Positions 27,813-37,569 of a stretch of DNA of 64,000 bases are shown here, in pieces. How positions within the stretch are numbered: the first letter of the stretch is position 1; every line of letters begins with the position of its first letter. Position numbers and translations under genes: made by a program. Source of the stretch: Pseudomonadota bacterium (GTDB lineage: Bacteria > Desulfobacterota > Desulfobulbia > Desulfobulbales > SURF-16). The notes beneath the pieces were generated by a model that ran no database searches, had not been told where the DNA came from, and saw nothing but the letters and a program-made list of their open reading frames with translations. The stretch covers positions 723 to 64,722 of the forward strand of contig JAHIVT010000008.1 of the NCBI GenBank assembly GCA_018816555.1, read 5' to 3'.

Positions 27813-29982
27813 AATCAAGCGGCGCCGGGTCTGGACAGTCATTTTGTCCTGTCTGGTCCTCATTCCGCTGCTGACTTTTGTTGAAACAAAGGTTTTTCAG
27901 CTGGGCGCCGTGCCGTTTCCGGTCAGCGGCAATGTGCTGGTTTTTGTCATCATCAACTGCAACGTCTTTCTGCTGCTGCTCATGGTATTCCTGGTGCTGC
28001 GCAATCTGGCCCAGCTTGTTTTTGAGCGCAAAAAAAAGATTCTCGGCACCAAGCTGCGGACCAAACTGGTTATTTCCTTTGTCTCGCTTTCTCTGATCCC
28101 CACGGCGCTGCTGTTCTTTATCGCTTTGCAGTTCGTCTCCACCAGCATGGATTACTGGTTCAATATCAAAGTTGAGCAGTCGCTGCTTGAGTCGCTGCAT
28201 GTGGCCCAGGACGTGTATCAGGAAAAAAGAGAGGAGATGCAGAGACTGGGAGAAAATATCGCCCGCCGGATTGAAGCAAGTAACAATGTCCGGACAGGAG
28301 CGCCCTCCCTTGATGCCTTTCTCACCGATATTGTTGACCGGCACGGGCTGGCCAGTCTTGAGATTATTTCACCGCAGCGTACTTCAGTAACGAGAATTTC
28401 TGCCGTACAGTTCATGGAGGCGGCCTATGTGCCGGAAATTCTGCCTGACCTGTTGCGAAAGGCATTGAACGGCGACTCCAGTCAAATTGCCATCCAGAAG
28501 ACTCAGGGTGGTGAGCTGGTGCGCAGTCTCATTCCTTTCACCCTTGGCTCTGCGGGGGGTAATCCTCACGTCTTGATCGTCTCTGCCCTGATCCCGCAGT
28601 CCCGACTGGATAGAATGGGGATTATTTCAAGCGGTCTGGAAGGGTATCGGCAGCTGATGCAACTCAAGCAGCCCATCAAGACGAGTCTGCTGGTGATTCT
28701 GCTCGTTGTCACCCTGCTTATTGTTTTCAGCGCCATCTGGTTTGGGTTTTTTGTAGCGCGCAGTCTGACGGATCCCATTGATAAGCTGGCCATTGCCACC
28801 AGAAGGGTGGCGGACGGGGAGCTTGATTTTGTGGTGGAAACCGATGCCGGGGATGAAATGGGCACTCTGGTTGAATCGTTCAATCAGATGACCCGTGATG
28901 TGCTGGCCAGCCAGAAGGAGCTTGAGACCAGCAACCAGGAACTGGAAAACAGACGGCGATATACGGAGATTATCCTGCAGAATGTGGCTGCCGGCGTCAT
29001 CTCCCTCGATGCGGACGGACGTATTACCACCATCAACCGTTTTGCCGAGGAACTGCTGAAAATTGATAAGAAGGCGATTTTGAACTATGACTACCGGCTG
29101 GTTTTGAATGCCCAGCATCAGGAGGTTCTCAATCATTTTTATGCTGAGCTTGAACGGAGCGGCAAGGGAGCCATCGAGCTTCCTCTGCGGCTGAAGGTGC
29201 GGGACGATTCCTTCTCGCTGCGGGTCAATATGACCCGTCTTGTCGATGAATACGGCAAGGAGCTTGGCGTGGTGCTTGTTTTTGATAATCTTACCGAACT
29301 GGAGAAGGCCCAGAGGATGGCGGCGTGGCGTGAAGTAGCCAGACGTATCGCCCATGAGGTGAAAAATCCCCTGACGCCGATTCAGTTATCGGCCCAACGG
29401 CTGCGCAAAAGGTATCTGGAGAAGTTGGGTGAAGAGGGAGAGGTTTTTGATATCTGCACCAAAACCATTGTCAACCAGGTTGACGAGCTGAAGCGGTTGG
29501 TCAGCGAATTTTCCAATTTCGCCAGGATGCCGGCCGTGCAGAAGTCCATGAACAGCCTGAAAGAAATGGCGGAAGAGGCCATGGTTCTTTTTCGAGAAGG
29601 CCATAAAAATGTCCATTTTGACTTTATCTGCCTCACGGATGTGCCGAAATTCTCCTTTGATCTCAAGCAGATGAAAAGGGTGCTTATTAATCTTCTGGAT
29701 AATGCCGTTTCAGCAGTTGGAGATGGGGGAAACATTACGGTGGAGATCTCCGTGGATGACGTGCAGAAGCTGGTATTTCTTGAAGTGCATGATGATGGAC
29801 CCGGCGTGGGTGACGAAGACAAGCATCATCTGTTTGAACCTTATTTTTCCACCAAAAAATCAGGAACAGGCCTGGGGCTTGCCATCGCCAGCACGGTTGT
29901 TGCCGATCATGGCGGCTATATCAGGGTAAAAGACAATCTGCCCCGGGGTGCCAGATTCATTATAGAGTTGCCACTGTCCTAA
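27781..29982 (+). CDS. ntrY: NtrY-type sensor histidine kinase (TM-HAMP-PAS-HisKA-HATPase)
   Basis: N-terminal TM helices, HAMP, PAS-like segment, H-box HEVKNPLTPIQLSAQRL, and ATPase boxes DNAVSA, DDGPGV and GTGLGLAI. The ATG at 27781 is preferred over the TTG at 27748. Confidence 0.85.
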   Translation: METADQQQRDEIKRRRVWTVILSCLVLIPLLTFVETKVFQLGAVPFPVSGNVLVFVIINCNVFLLLLMVFLVLRNLAQLVFERKKKILGTKLRTKLVISFVSLSLIPTALLFFIALQFVSTSMDYWFNIKVEQSLLESLHVAQDVYQEKREEMQRLGENIARRIEASNNVRTGAPSLDAFLTDIVDRHGLASLEIISPQRTSVTRISAVQFMEAAYVPEILPDLLRKALNGDSSQIAIQKTQGGELVRSLIPFTLGSAGGNPHVLIVSALIPQSRLDRMGIISSGLEGYRQLMQLKQPIKTSLLVILLVVTLLIVFSAIWFGFFVARSLTDPIDKLAIATRRVADGELDFVVETDAGDEMGTLVESFNQMTRDVLASQKELETSNQELENRRRYTEIILQNVAAGVISLDADGRITTINRFAEELLKIDKKAILNYDYRLVLNAQHQEVLNHFYAELERSGKGAIELPLRLKVRDDSFSLRVNMTRLVDEYGKELGVVLVFDNLTELEKAQRMAAWREVARRIAHEVKNPLTPIQLSAQRLRKRYLEKLGEEGEVFDICTKTIVNQVDELKRLVSEFSNFARMPAVQKSMNSLKEMAEEAMVLFREGHKNVHFDFICLTDVPKFSFDLKQMKRVLINLLDNAVSAVGDGGNITVEISVDDVQKLVFLEVHDDGPGVGDEDKHHLFEPYFSTKKSGTGLGLAIASTVVADHGGYIRVKDNLPRGARFIIELPLS

Positions 29983-30024
29983 GTTCATGGCAACCCGGGA
30001 AGAGGATGAGGAAGGTCACGGAAA

Positions 30025-31425
30025 ATGGCAAAAAAAGTGATGATCGTCGATGATGAAGCCAGCATCAGGGAGTCTTTGGCCGGCATTCTGTCTGATGAGG
30101 GATTTCTCCCCGTGCCGGTTGAGTCTGCGGAAAAAGCCTTTGAGGTGCTGAATCAGGAGAAGATCCATCTGGTGCTTCTTGATATCTGGATGCCGGCCAT
30201 GGATGGCATGGAGGCCCTGCCCCGCATCAAAGAACAGTTTCCCCATCTGCCGGTTATTATGATATCCGGCCACGGCAACATCGAAACCGCGGTGCAGGCC
30301 ACCAAAATGGGCGCCTTTGATTTTATTGAAAAACCGCCCTCCTATGACAAAATAGTCCTGTCCATTAATAACGCCCTGCTCGTTTCCGATCTTGAGGAGG
30401 AAAACCTCATTCTCAAAGAGAAGAATACGAAAAAATGGAAGATCACCGGCAGCTCACAGGCAATCATCAATGTCCGGCAGCAGCTTGAACGGGTGGCGCC
30501 CACGGATGCCTGGGTGCTGATCCGCGGTGAGCACGGGACCGGCAAGGAGCTGGCGGCCCAGATGATCCACCGTTTGTCCGCCTCCTCTGAAAAACCGATG
30601 ATTGAGGTAAACTGCGCGGCGATCCCTGAAGAGCTCATAGAAAGCGAGCTGTTCGGCCATGAGAAGGGTTCTTTTACCGGTGCCATCGGCAGCAGGCGCG
30701 GCAAGTTTGACCAGGCGGACGGCGGGATTCTTTTTCTGGATGAAATCGGCGATATGAGCCTGAAAACCCAGGCAAAAATTTTGCGGATTCTCCAGGAACA
30801 GCAGTTTGAAAGAGTGGGCGGGACCAAAACAATTTCCGTGAACGTGCGTGTGCTTGCCGCAACAAACAAGAATCTGGAGCGGGAAATCGAGCAAGGCAAT
30901 TTCCGGGCTGATCTGTTCTGGCGCCTTAACGTGGTGCCCATCTACATGCCGCCGCTCAGGGAGCGGCTGGAGGATCTCCCTCTGCTGGTGAACGACCTGC
31001 TGGTTGAGTTTTCCCGCAAAGGGCTCGGGAAAAAAGAATTCACCATCGGGGCCATGAAGCTGATGACCTGCCATAACTGGCCCGGAAATGTGCGGGAATT
31101 GCGTAATTTTGTCGAACGGGTTGCCATTATGACCCCCCAGGAGATAGTCACTGAGCAAATTATCGCACCCATGCTGCCCATTGATGTCCGCCTGCTGGAA
31201 CAATTGCATGCCGGCACGGGGAAAAATCTCAGTTCGATATCCCACCAGGGTTTTGATGCCTCTTTCAAGGAGGCCAAAAGGCTCTTTGAAAAGGAGTATC
31301 TGGAGGAAAAGTTAAAGAAAAATGATGGCAATATCTCCCAGACTGCGGAACAAATCGGCCTGGAGAGAAGTCATTTACATAAGAAATTAAAAGCGTTGGG
31401 TATTGAAGTGAAACTTGAAAATTGA
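30025..31425 (+). CDS. ntrX: sigma-54-dependent response regulator (NtrX/NtrC family)
   Basis: REC domain (DDE..., LVLLDIWMP), AAA+ domain (GEHGTGKE, GSFTGA as a GAFTGA variant, ILFLDEIG), and a C-terminal Fis-type HTH (NISQTAEQIGLERSHLHKKLK). Confidence 0.9.
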   Translation: MAKKVMIVDDEASIRESLAGILSDEGFLPVPVESAEKAFEVLNQEKIHLVLLDIWMPAMDGMEALPRIKEQFPHLPVIMISGHGNIETAVQATKMGAFDFIEKPPSYDKIVLSINNALLVSDLEEENLILKEKNTKKWKITGSSQAIINVRQQLERVAPTDAWVLIRGEHGTGKELAAQMIHRLSASSEKPMIEVNCAAIPEELIESELFGHEKGSFTGAIGSRRGKFDQADGGILFLDEIGDMSLKTQAKILRILQEQQFERVGGTKTISVNVRVLAATNKNLEREIEQGNFRADLFWRLNVVPIYMPPLRERLEDLPLLVNDLLVEFSRKGLGKKEFTIGAMKLMTCHNWPGNVRELRNFVERVAIMTPQEIVTEQIIAPMLPIDVRLLEQLHAGTGKNLSSISHQGFDASFKEAKRLFEKEYLEEKLKKNDGNISQTAEQIGLERSHLHKKLKALGIEVKLEN

Positions 31426-31476
31426 TACCTTAGTTGAAGGTACCTGCTCATATCCTGAGAGGGAATATGAAATCCC

Positions 31477-31491
31477 TGGCAGGCCTTATGC
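31477..31491 (+). promoter_or_regulatory. candidate sigma-54 promoter (TGGCAG-N5-ATGC)
   Basis: The GG (31478-31479) and GC (31490-31491) are spaced 12 nt apart, as in -24/-12 promoters. It lies about 90 nt upstream of the clpX-like ATG. 9 of 12 specified positions match TGGCACG-N4-TTGCW. Confidence 0.35.
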
Positions 31492-31580
31492 CGTTTTTAT
31501 GTTTTGTTGCCCGCTTACAAGGGTGTCTACCCAGAGAATCTTGCCGGTACCCTAAAAATTCTACATAGAAGAAAATCCAC

Positions 31581-33332
31581 ATGGCTGATCATAATCTCCC
31601 CAATCTCCCCAATCAAAAAGACCTTGAAAAGGAAATTGCCGACTATTTAAGCAGGAAATATGGAGGGCAGGTTAAGATTGTCTCCACCGGTTTCTTCCCT
31701 CATCCTGAGAAAAAGGGTGAGAAAAAGCAGAAAATTTCAGCCCGGAAGACTCCCCTCTTTCATTTTGATCTGAAACCTGAAGAGCTTGCCGCCTATCTTG
31801 ACGAATATGTCATCTGCCAGGACGATGCCAAGGCGATTCTCGCCACCAAGATCTGTACCCATTTCAACCGTATCCGCCACGAATCGGAAAAACCGAGAAG
31901 CCAGGCTGCCGGTCGGATCAAGAGCAATGTGCTGCTTATCGGGCCCACCGGCGTGGGCAAGACCTATATGATCAAACTCATAGCCCGGCACATCGGCGTG
32001 CCTTTTGTCAAAGGTGATGCCACCAAGTTCAGTGAGACAGGCTATGTCGGGGGCGATGTGGAGGATCTGGTAAGGGATCTGGTCAGGGAGGCTGACGGCG
32101 ACATTGAGCGAGCCCAGTATGGCATCATCTATGTGGATGAAATAGACAAGATAGCCGCCTCCCCCTTTCGCATCGGCGCCGATGTGTCGCGTACCGGCGT
32201 ACAGCGGGCCTTTTTAAAGCCCATGGAGGAGACCGAGGTTGAGATGAAGGTGTCCCATGACCCCATTTCCCAGCTTGAGGCCATGGAGCATTACCGGGCC
32301 ACGGGCAAGCGGGAAAAAAGGGTTATCAATACCAGAAATATCCTTTTCATCATGAGCGGCGCCTTTTCCGGACTGGAAAAGACCGTCAAAAAGAGAGTGC
32401 AGCAGCAATCCATCGGTTTTGAAAAAAGCATCACTTCAAGCAAGGATGATGGTCTACTTCTCAAGCAGGTCAAAGCTGAGGATCTGATCGAATTCGGTTT
32501 TGAGAGCGAATTTGTCGGCCGTTTACCCGTGGTCGCCGTGCTTGATGAGTTGGGAGAAGAAGATCTTTACCAGATTCTGATCAACCCGAACAGTCCGGTG
32601 GTCGTGGCAAAAAAACAGGATTTTGCCGCCTATGGCATTCATCTGCAGTTTGAAGAGGATGCCCTGCGGTTGGTTGCCGCCAAGGCAGTCAAGGAAAGGA
32701 CCGGTGCCCGGGGGCTGGTCAGTGTCATGGAGCACGCTCTGCTCTACTTTGAAAAAACACTTCCCTCCTCAACGGTGCGCTATCTTGTAGTTTCGCCGGA
32801 GATGGTGGAAAACCCCCTGCAACAGCTGCAGATTCTTCTGGCCGATGAGAGCCTTCAGGAATCACAGCGGATCCGTTATCATGAATTCGTCGCCCATGAA
32901 TTCACCCGGATTGCCGGCTTTATCAGGGAAAAACAGGAAAATCTGCTGCGGGCGGAAAATGTTACCCCGTCGGAAGAGAGACTTGAACTGATAGCCCAGC
33001 ATTGCCAGACGCAGATTATCGATCCCCGAGATGCCTGCAAGGAATTCATCGCCTTGGTGCGCCAGATCCGCGAAAGTGTAAAACTTGTTTCTGAAGAATA
33101 TGGCATGAGGATTACCTTTGCGGATGAGGCAATGGACCTGATTGTGGCAAGTGAATCATGGAACCAGGTCGGCGTTGATGAGCGTTGCGAAGTGATTTTC
33201 GATTCATTTGCCTATGGTCTCAAACTTATCCAGCAGAGAAACGATGTCAATGATATTCTGATCACCGCCAAGGGTGTTGAAAATCCCGATCTTTTCATCA
33301 ATGATCTGGTGGCGGAGATCTTTCGCCTCTAA
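31581..33332 (+). CDS. ClpX-like AAA+ unfoldase without an N-terminal zinc-binding domain and with a C-terminal extension
   Basis: LDEYVICQDDAKAILA, Walker A GPTGVGKT, pore loop GYVG, Walker B IIYVDEIDK, SIGF (an IGF-like loop), and sensor-2 GARGL. No N-terminal Cys cluster. About 170 extra C-terminal residues. Confidence 0.85.
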   Translation: MADHNLPNLPNQKDLEKEIADYLSRKYGGQVKIVSTGFFPHPEKKGEKKQKISARKTPLFHFDLKPEELAAYLDEYVICQDDAKAILATKICTHFNRIRHESEKPRSQAAGRIKSNVLLIGPTGVGKTYMIKLIARHIGVPFVKGDATKFSETGYVGGDVEDLVRDLVREADGDIERAQYGIIYVDEIDKIAASPFRIGADVSRTGVQRAFLKPMEETEVEMKVSHDPISQLEAMEHYRATGKREKRVINTRNILFIMSGAFSGLEKTVKKRVQQQSIGFEKSITSSKDDGLLLKQVKAEDLIEFGFESEFVGRLPVVAVLDELGEEDLYQILINPNSPVVVAKKQDFAAYGIHLQFEEDALRLVAAKAVKERTGARGLVSVMEHALLYFEKTLPSSTVRYLVVSPEMVENPLQQLQILLADESLQESQRIRYHEFVAHEFTRIAGFIREKQENLLRAENVTPSEERLELIAQHCQTQIIDPRDACKEFIALVRQIRESVKLVSEEYGMRITFADEAMDLIVASESWNQVGVDERCEVIFDSFAYGLKLIQQRNDVNDILITAKGVENPDLFINDLVAEIFRL

Positions 33333-33376
33333 TTCTTTATATAACCTTGAACTCGTATTTCCCGGAGGAAATGTAA

Positions 33377-34351
33377 ATGGTCTTTCCTGATTATCGTCCC
33401 CGTAGATTTCGGCGCAATGCCCAGTTGCGTTCACTGATCCGCGAAACCCGCCTGTCCCCCGAGCAGTTCATTTATCCTCTTTTTGTTATGCCAGGCAAGG
33501 GCGTGAAAGAGGAGATATCGTCCATGCCCGGTGTTTTCCGCATGTCCGTCGATCAGCTCGGCAAAGAGGCCAAAGAAATCATGTCCCTGGGTTTGAACCA
33601 CGTGATTCTGTTCGGTCTTCCCGAGAAAAAAGATCCTGTGGGCTCAGGGGCCCATGCCAAAGACGGTATTATTCAGAGGGCCATTAAGGAGCTGAAAAAT
33701 AAGACACCGGACTTGATGGTGACCACCGATGTCTGTCTCTGTGAATATACCAGCCATGGCCATTGCGGTGTGCTGATCAACAAGCAGGTTGATAATGATG
33801 CAACCCTGGAGATCCTGGGCCAGGTGGCCCTGTCCCATGCCAAGGCCGGGGCTGATATTGTCGCTCCTTCCGATATGATGGATGGCCGGGTGGCGGAAAT
33901 CCGGGGCATACTTGATGAGAATGATTTTGACATGGTGCCCATCATGTCCTATGCCGTCAAATACGCCTCGGCCTTTTACGGACCTTTCCGGGATGCGGCG
34001 GAATGCGCCCCCCAGGAGGGTGACCGCCAGGGATATCAGATGGACCCGGCCAATGCCCGTGAGGCCCTGCGGGAGGCCACACTTGATGTGGATGAAGGCG
34101 CGGACATCCTGATGGTCAAACCTGCCGTCGCCTACCTGGATATCATCAAAAGTCTGCGGGAGGAATTCGACCTGCCCATTGCCGCCTATCATGTGAGCGG
34201 CGAGTATGCCATGATCAAGGCTGCCGGGGAGCGAGGGTGGATTGATGCGGACCGGGTCATGGCTGAGACCCTGCTTTCCATCCATCGGGCCGGGGCTGAC
34301 ATCATTATCACCTACGGCGCAAAAGAGATGGCCAGAATGCTGAACGGCTGA
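33377..34351 (+). CDS. hemB: porphobilinogen synthase (delta-aminolevulinate dehydratase)
   Basis: 324 aa, co-linear with HemB: RPRRFR..., the zinc-site Cys triad in [14 protein letters not shown], active-site context APSDMMDGR, and ILMVKPA. Confidence 0.95.
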   Translation: MVFPDYRPRRFRRNAQLRSLIRETRLSPEQFIYPLFVMPGKGVKEEISSMPGVFRMSVDQLGKEAKEIMSLGLNHVILFGLPEKKDPVGSGAHAKDGIIQRAIKELKNKTPDLMVTTDVCLCEYTSHGHCGVLINKQVDNDATLEILGQVALSHAKAGADIVAPSDMMDGRVAEIRGILDENDFDMVPIMSYAVKYASAFYGPFRDAAECAPQEGDRQGYQMDPANAREALREATLDVDEGADILMVKPAVAYLDIIKSLREEFDLPIAAYHVSGEYAMIKAAGERGWIDADRVMAETLLSIHRAGADIIITYGAKEMARMLNG

Positions 34352-34376
34352 AAATAACCGCTGCAAAAGAAGATGG

Positions 34377-34421
34377 GCCGGATACGACTGCTTGAATAAG
34401 GCTGCCTATCCGGCTTTTTTT
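34377..34421 (+). terminator. rho-independent terminator after hemB
   Basis: gccggata (34377-34384) pairs with tatccggc (34407-34414), followed by TTTTTTT. Confidence 0.6.
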
Positions 34422-34471
34422 GTTACTGAAACTGAAATGGATATAAGAATTTTTCTGAATGGTGACGGATA

Positions 34472-35017
34472 ATGGATGTGATTGAGGCAATCAAAGGGCG
34501 AAGAAGTATCCGCAGGTTTACAGACCAGGATATCACCGGTGAGCAACTGGCACAGATTCTTGAGGCGGTGCGCTGGGCGCCCTCCTGGGGCAACTCCCAG
34601 TGCTGGGAGATTTTTGTTGTCCGTGACAGGGAAATAAAGCAGCAACTCCATGACGCCTTGAGCCCCAGGAATCCGGCAGGGCCTGCCGTGACCGCTGCAC
34701 CGGTGGTGCTGGTGGTGGGGGCGGCTATGAAGAAGTCAGGCCATTACAAAGGTGAAAGTTTGACCCGATTTACCGAGTGGTTTATGTATGATCTGGGTCT
34801 TGCCACCCAGAATCTCTGCCTTGCCGCCCACAGCCTCGGCCTCGGTTCGGTTATTGCCGGGGCCTTTGACCACGACAGGGTAAAGCAAATCCTCGCCGTG
34901 CGGGCTGGATATGAAGTAGTGACCATGATCCCCCTGGGTTATCCTGACCACGAACCTTCGGCGCCGAAGAGGAAAGAGGTGGAAGAATTCACCCATTATG
35001 CGCGCTTTTCCTGCTGA
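34472..35017 (+). CDS. nitroreductase-family protein
   Basis: AIKGRRSIRRF N-terminal signature, APSWGNSQ, and a size of 181 aa. Confidence 0.8.
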   Translation: MDVIEAIKGRRSIRRFTDQDITGEQLAQILEAVRWAPSWGNSQCWEIFVVRDREIKQQLHDALSPRNPAGPAVTAAPVVLVVGAAMKKSGHYKGESLTRFTEWFMYDLGLATQNLCLAAHSLGLGSVIAGAFDHDRVKQILAVRAGYEVVTMIPLGYPDHEPSAPKRKEVEEFTHYARFSC

Positions 35018-35038
35018 GGCTGTGCCTCTCGACTGTCT

Positions 35039-35689
35039 TTATTCAAGCTGTTTTTTGAAGGCCAGGAAAGTATCTTTGAGTTCCTGCAGCTCCTGCTGCA
35101 GCAGGGTTATTTCCTGCTCCAGTTTTTCCAGGCGGCCATTATCCTCCTGCCGTTCCTGCGGGGTGGACGCCGGTTCTGCCTGCCAGCCTGATTGGCCTGG
35201 CTGGGGCTCGCCTGAGAGAAGATGCATGAACCGGCATTCCTTGCGCCCCGGCTGTTTGGCCATCCTGGTCACAAAACCCATTTCACTGAGATCCTCGAGC
35301 TTTTCCTCCACCTCTTCAATATCGTTGAATTTATAAAGACGTTCCGATCTTCCCCGCAGTTCGCCGGCAGTCTGGGGGCCGCGCAGCAGAAGAAGGCAGA
35401 TGAGCGCCGCCTCTTTATGCAGAAGATTGTTAAAGGTGACGAAGTTCTCTTCATATTTGGTCACGCGGGAAGCATCGCTCTGCAGGGCAAGCCGTTTTCC
35501 CTTCAGGCTGTCCAGCGCCCGGATGACGGTTGCTTCATCATAGCTGACCACCGGTTCACGGTTTGACTTCTGGTTGCAGGCATTGACCAGGGCATTGAGG
35601 GAGAGGGGGTAATATTCAGGGGTTGCCATTTCCTTTTCCATCAGACAGCCCAGTACTCTAACTTCCACATCGTCCAGCAGTTCTTCCAT
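35039..35689 (-). CDS. yceH: YceH-family protein (DUF480/UPF0502)
   Basis: Closely co-linear with E. coli YceH as recalled: RVLGCLMEKEMATPEYYPLSLNALVNACNQKSNREPV, LLLRGPQTAGELR and QPGRKECRFMHLLSGE, plus a C-terminal coiled coil. Confidence 0.9.
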   Translation of the reverse strand: MEELLDDVEVRVLGCLMEKEMATPEYYPLSLNALVNACNQKSNREPVVSYDEATVIRALDSLKGKRLALQSDASRVTKYEENFVTFNNLLHKEAALICLLLLRGPQTAGELRGRSERLYKFNDIEEVEEKLEDLSEMGFVTRMAKQPGRKECRFMHLLSGEPQPGQSGWQAEPASTPQERQEDNGRLEKLEQEITLLQQELQELKDTFLAFKKQLE

Positions 35690-35898
35690 ATCATTCTCCT
35701 TGCAGACCGAAAAGATTACTTACATTCATGCAGCAACCGGCTCGGCAGACGGTAATTTTAAGACGAGAGTTCTGTGTGTCGTAGACAGGAACGACAAAAA
35801 TCGGCTCATGATACATGCAAAAAAAATTTCATGCCACAGGCTTTTGTCTTCTTTATCTGGCTGAAAAGAATGGTAAGCGATATGTGAGGCGTTTGGCT

Positions 35899-37032
35899 TC
35901 AGGTCCCGGACTTGCCTCGTCTTATGTCAAAAACAGTGATTTCCGGGGGAGACAGGACCCGAATGGGCGGTCCCCAGGTGCCGGTTCCCCTGCTGGTGTA
36001 AAGCCGGGAGACGGGTGAAAGGCGATGCAATCCGTCCTGCAGGGGATATTTGAGACCTGTGATAAAATTGAAAGGGAATATCTGGCCCCGGTGGGTATGG
36101 CCGGAGAGTTGCAAATCAAAGAGTTGCACGTCATCCTTGCTGACCGTGGGGCGATGTTTGAGGAAAATGGTGAACAGATCAGATTGTTGGGCCTGCAGAA
36201 TGGCGGTTTCCTGCACAGTATGATCCCAGATCTGTTCATCGTCTATGCCGACAATTCGTACCACCCCGCCGACGTTTAAGCCGGTATTGCGCAGCACAAC
36301 AAAACCGCAACCCTTGAGAAAATCAAGGCTCTGCTTGAGGCCGGCGTACACTTCATGGTTGCCGATGATGGCAAATTTGCCTAATGGCGGTTCAATCTCC
36401 TGCCACATTGCACTTAATCCATCCAGATGGTTGATCTGGGCATCAACCACGTCGCCTGTGGCAACCAGTAAATCGGGTTTAAGTTCTTTGAGTCGGGTGA
36501 TAACAGGCGCAAGAAAGGCACTGCGGTTGAGCAGGCCAAGATGGAGATCCGAGACCTGCACGACCCGCAGGGACTCTGTGCCTGCGGGCAGTTTGTCCGT
36601 GGTGATGGGAACCGTAACCACCCGGATATTTTTTGCTGCAACGTAGCCATAAATGCCGGTGGCCAGGGTGAAGAGGAGCACGGCCGAGGCAATAAGCGGC
36701 CCATGCAATGGCAACCGGGGCAGGGCGGGAATGATGAAAGGAAGCACCAGGAAAAGAAGTGCGATCATGCCGATGACGGCAAACAGGCAGAAGGCGAGGA
36801 AAACCAGCCCCATCCAGGTGTATCCGGTCAGGGCCAGCAGACGTGCGGCCTGGGAACTGCCGTTTGTGTCAAGCAGCCGCACCGCAAGCGGGGAGATAAT
36901 CATCATGAGCATCCAGAGCAGGACGGCAACGGCAAGATAACGATGGCCGGCCAGGAGGGGGTGGATACCCCAGAAAACCAGGCAATGCATGGCGGTGTAA
37001 ATGGAAATGGCAACAGCCAGGAAAAGGATCAT
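35899..37032 (-). CDS. membrane-anchored calcineurin-like metallophosphoesterase (YkuE/YaeI-like)
   Basis: Four or five N-terminal TM helices, then VQVSDLHLG, ATGDVVD, GNHE and SGHTHRGQ. Confidence 0.8.
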   Translation of the reverse strand: MILFLAVAISIYTAMHCLVFWGIHPLLAGHRYLAVAVLLWMLMMIISPLAVRLLDTNGSSQAARLLALTGYTWMGLVFLAFCLFAVIGMIALLFLVLPFIIPALPRLPLHGPLIASAVLLFTLATGIYGYVAAKNIRVVTVPITTDKLPAGTESLRVVQVSDLHLGLLNRSAFLAPVITRLKELKPDLLVATGDVVDAQINHLDGLSAMWQEIEPPLGKFAIIGNHEVYAGLKQSLDFLKGCGFVVLRNTGLNVGGVVRIVGIDDEQIWDHTVQETAILQAQQSDLFTIFLKHRPTVSKDDVQLFDLQLSGHTHRGQIFPFNFITGLKYPLQDGLHRLSPVSRLYTSRGTGTWGPPIRVLSPPEITVFDIRRGKSGT

Positions 37033-37079
37033 GTTTTTTTGTTCAGGGGCGGTGATAGGGTGCAGATGCTATGGCAGGA

Positions 37080-37559
37080 TTACGGACCGCAGCATTTTTT
37101 GAATTTCCTGCCGCTGCCGCAGGGACACGGTGAATTCCTGCCCGGTTTGTTTGTTGCCTTGTCCACGGATTCTCTGACATCTCCGTCTACATAGAGCCAA
37201 TGGCCGTTTTCCCGCACAAAACGGCTATTTTCATGCAGGAGCAGCATCCTGACCGAGGAGGCGCTTGCCCTTGCCTTGAACTCAACCGTGGCACGGCCTG
37301 TTTCATCAATCGTCTCCGGCCCGATGATCTCAAGTCCGTTCCAGGCCGGAATGGTGTGCGGATCAATCCGGGCAGGTCTGGTTGACGGGTGCCATGTGCG
37401 GAGGATATAGGACACGTCCCTGACCACGTAGGCGGTATAGCGTGAGCGCATGAGCTCTGTTGCCGAGTCTGCGGACAGGTCGCCTGCAAGCAGAGGTTGA
37501 CAGCAGGCGGAAAAGGATTTGCCGGAACCGCAGGGGCAGATGTCAGGAGCAGTCATCAT
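37080..37559 (-). CDS. ychJ: YchJ-family protein with two SEC-C motifs
   Basis: CPCGSGKSFSACCQP near the N-terminus and CPCGSGRKFKKCCG at the C-terminus, co-linear with YchJ. The start was moved to the internal MM (37559) to remove a 74-nt overlap with the upstream gene. Confidence 0.88.
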   Translation of the reverse strand: MMTAPDICPCGSGKSFSACCQPLLAGDLSADSATELMRSRYTAYVVRDVSYILRTWHPSTRPARIDPHTIPAWNGLEIIGPETIDETGRATVEFKARASASSVRMLLLHENSRFVRENGHWLYVDGDVRESVDKATNKPGRNSPCPCGSGRKFKKCCGP

Positions 37560-37569
37560 TAAAGCAGCA

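Noticed and set aside
27775-29355. 189-aa and 242-aa minus-strand ORFs
   Set aside because: Antisense to the NtrY-type kinase gene. Their composition mirrors the sense-strand codon bias.
30342-31331. Several minus-strand ORFs (199, 263 and 129 aa)
   Set aside because: Antisense to ntrX, which has complete REC/AAA+/HTH motifs. Shadow ORFs.
33644-34366. 240-aa minus-strand ORF
   Set aside because: Antisense to hemB, which is recognisable along its whole length.
36541-37194. 217-aa plus-strand ORF rich in G/H/E/Q
   Set aside because: Antisense to the membrane phosphoesterase and the ychJ end. Low-complexity sequence.
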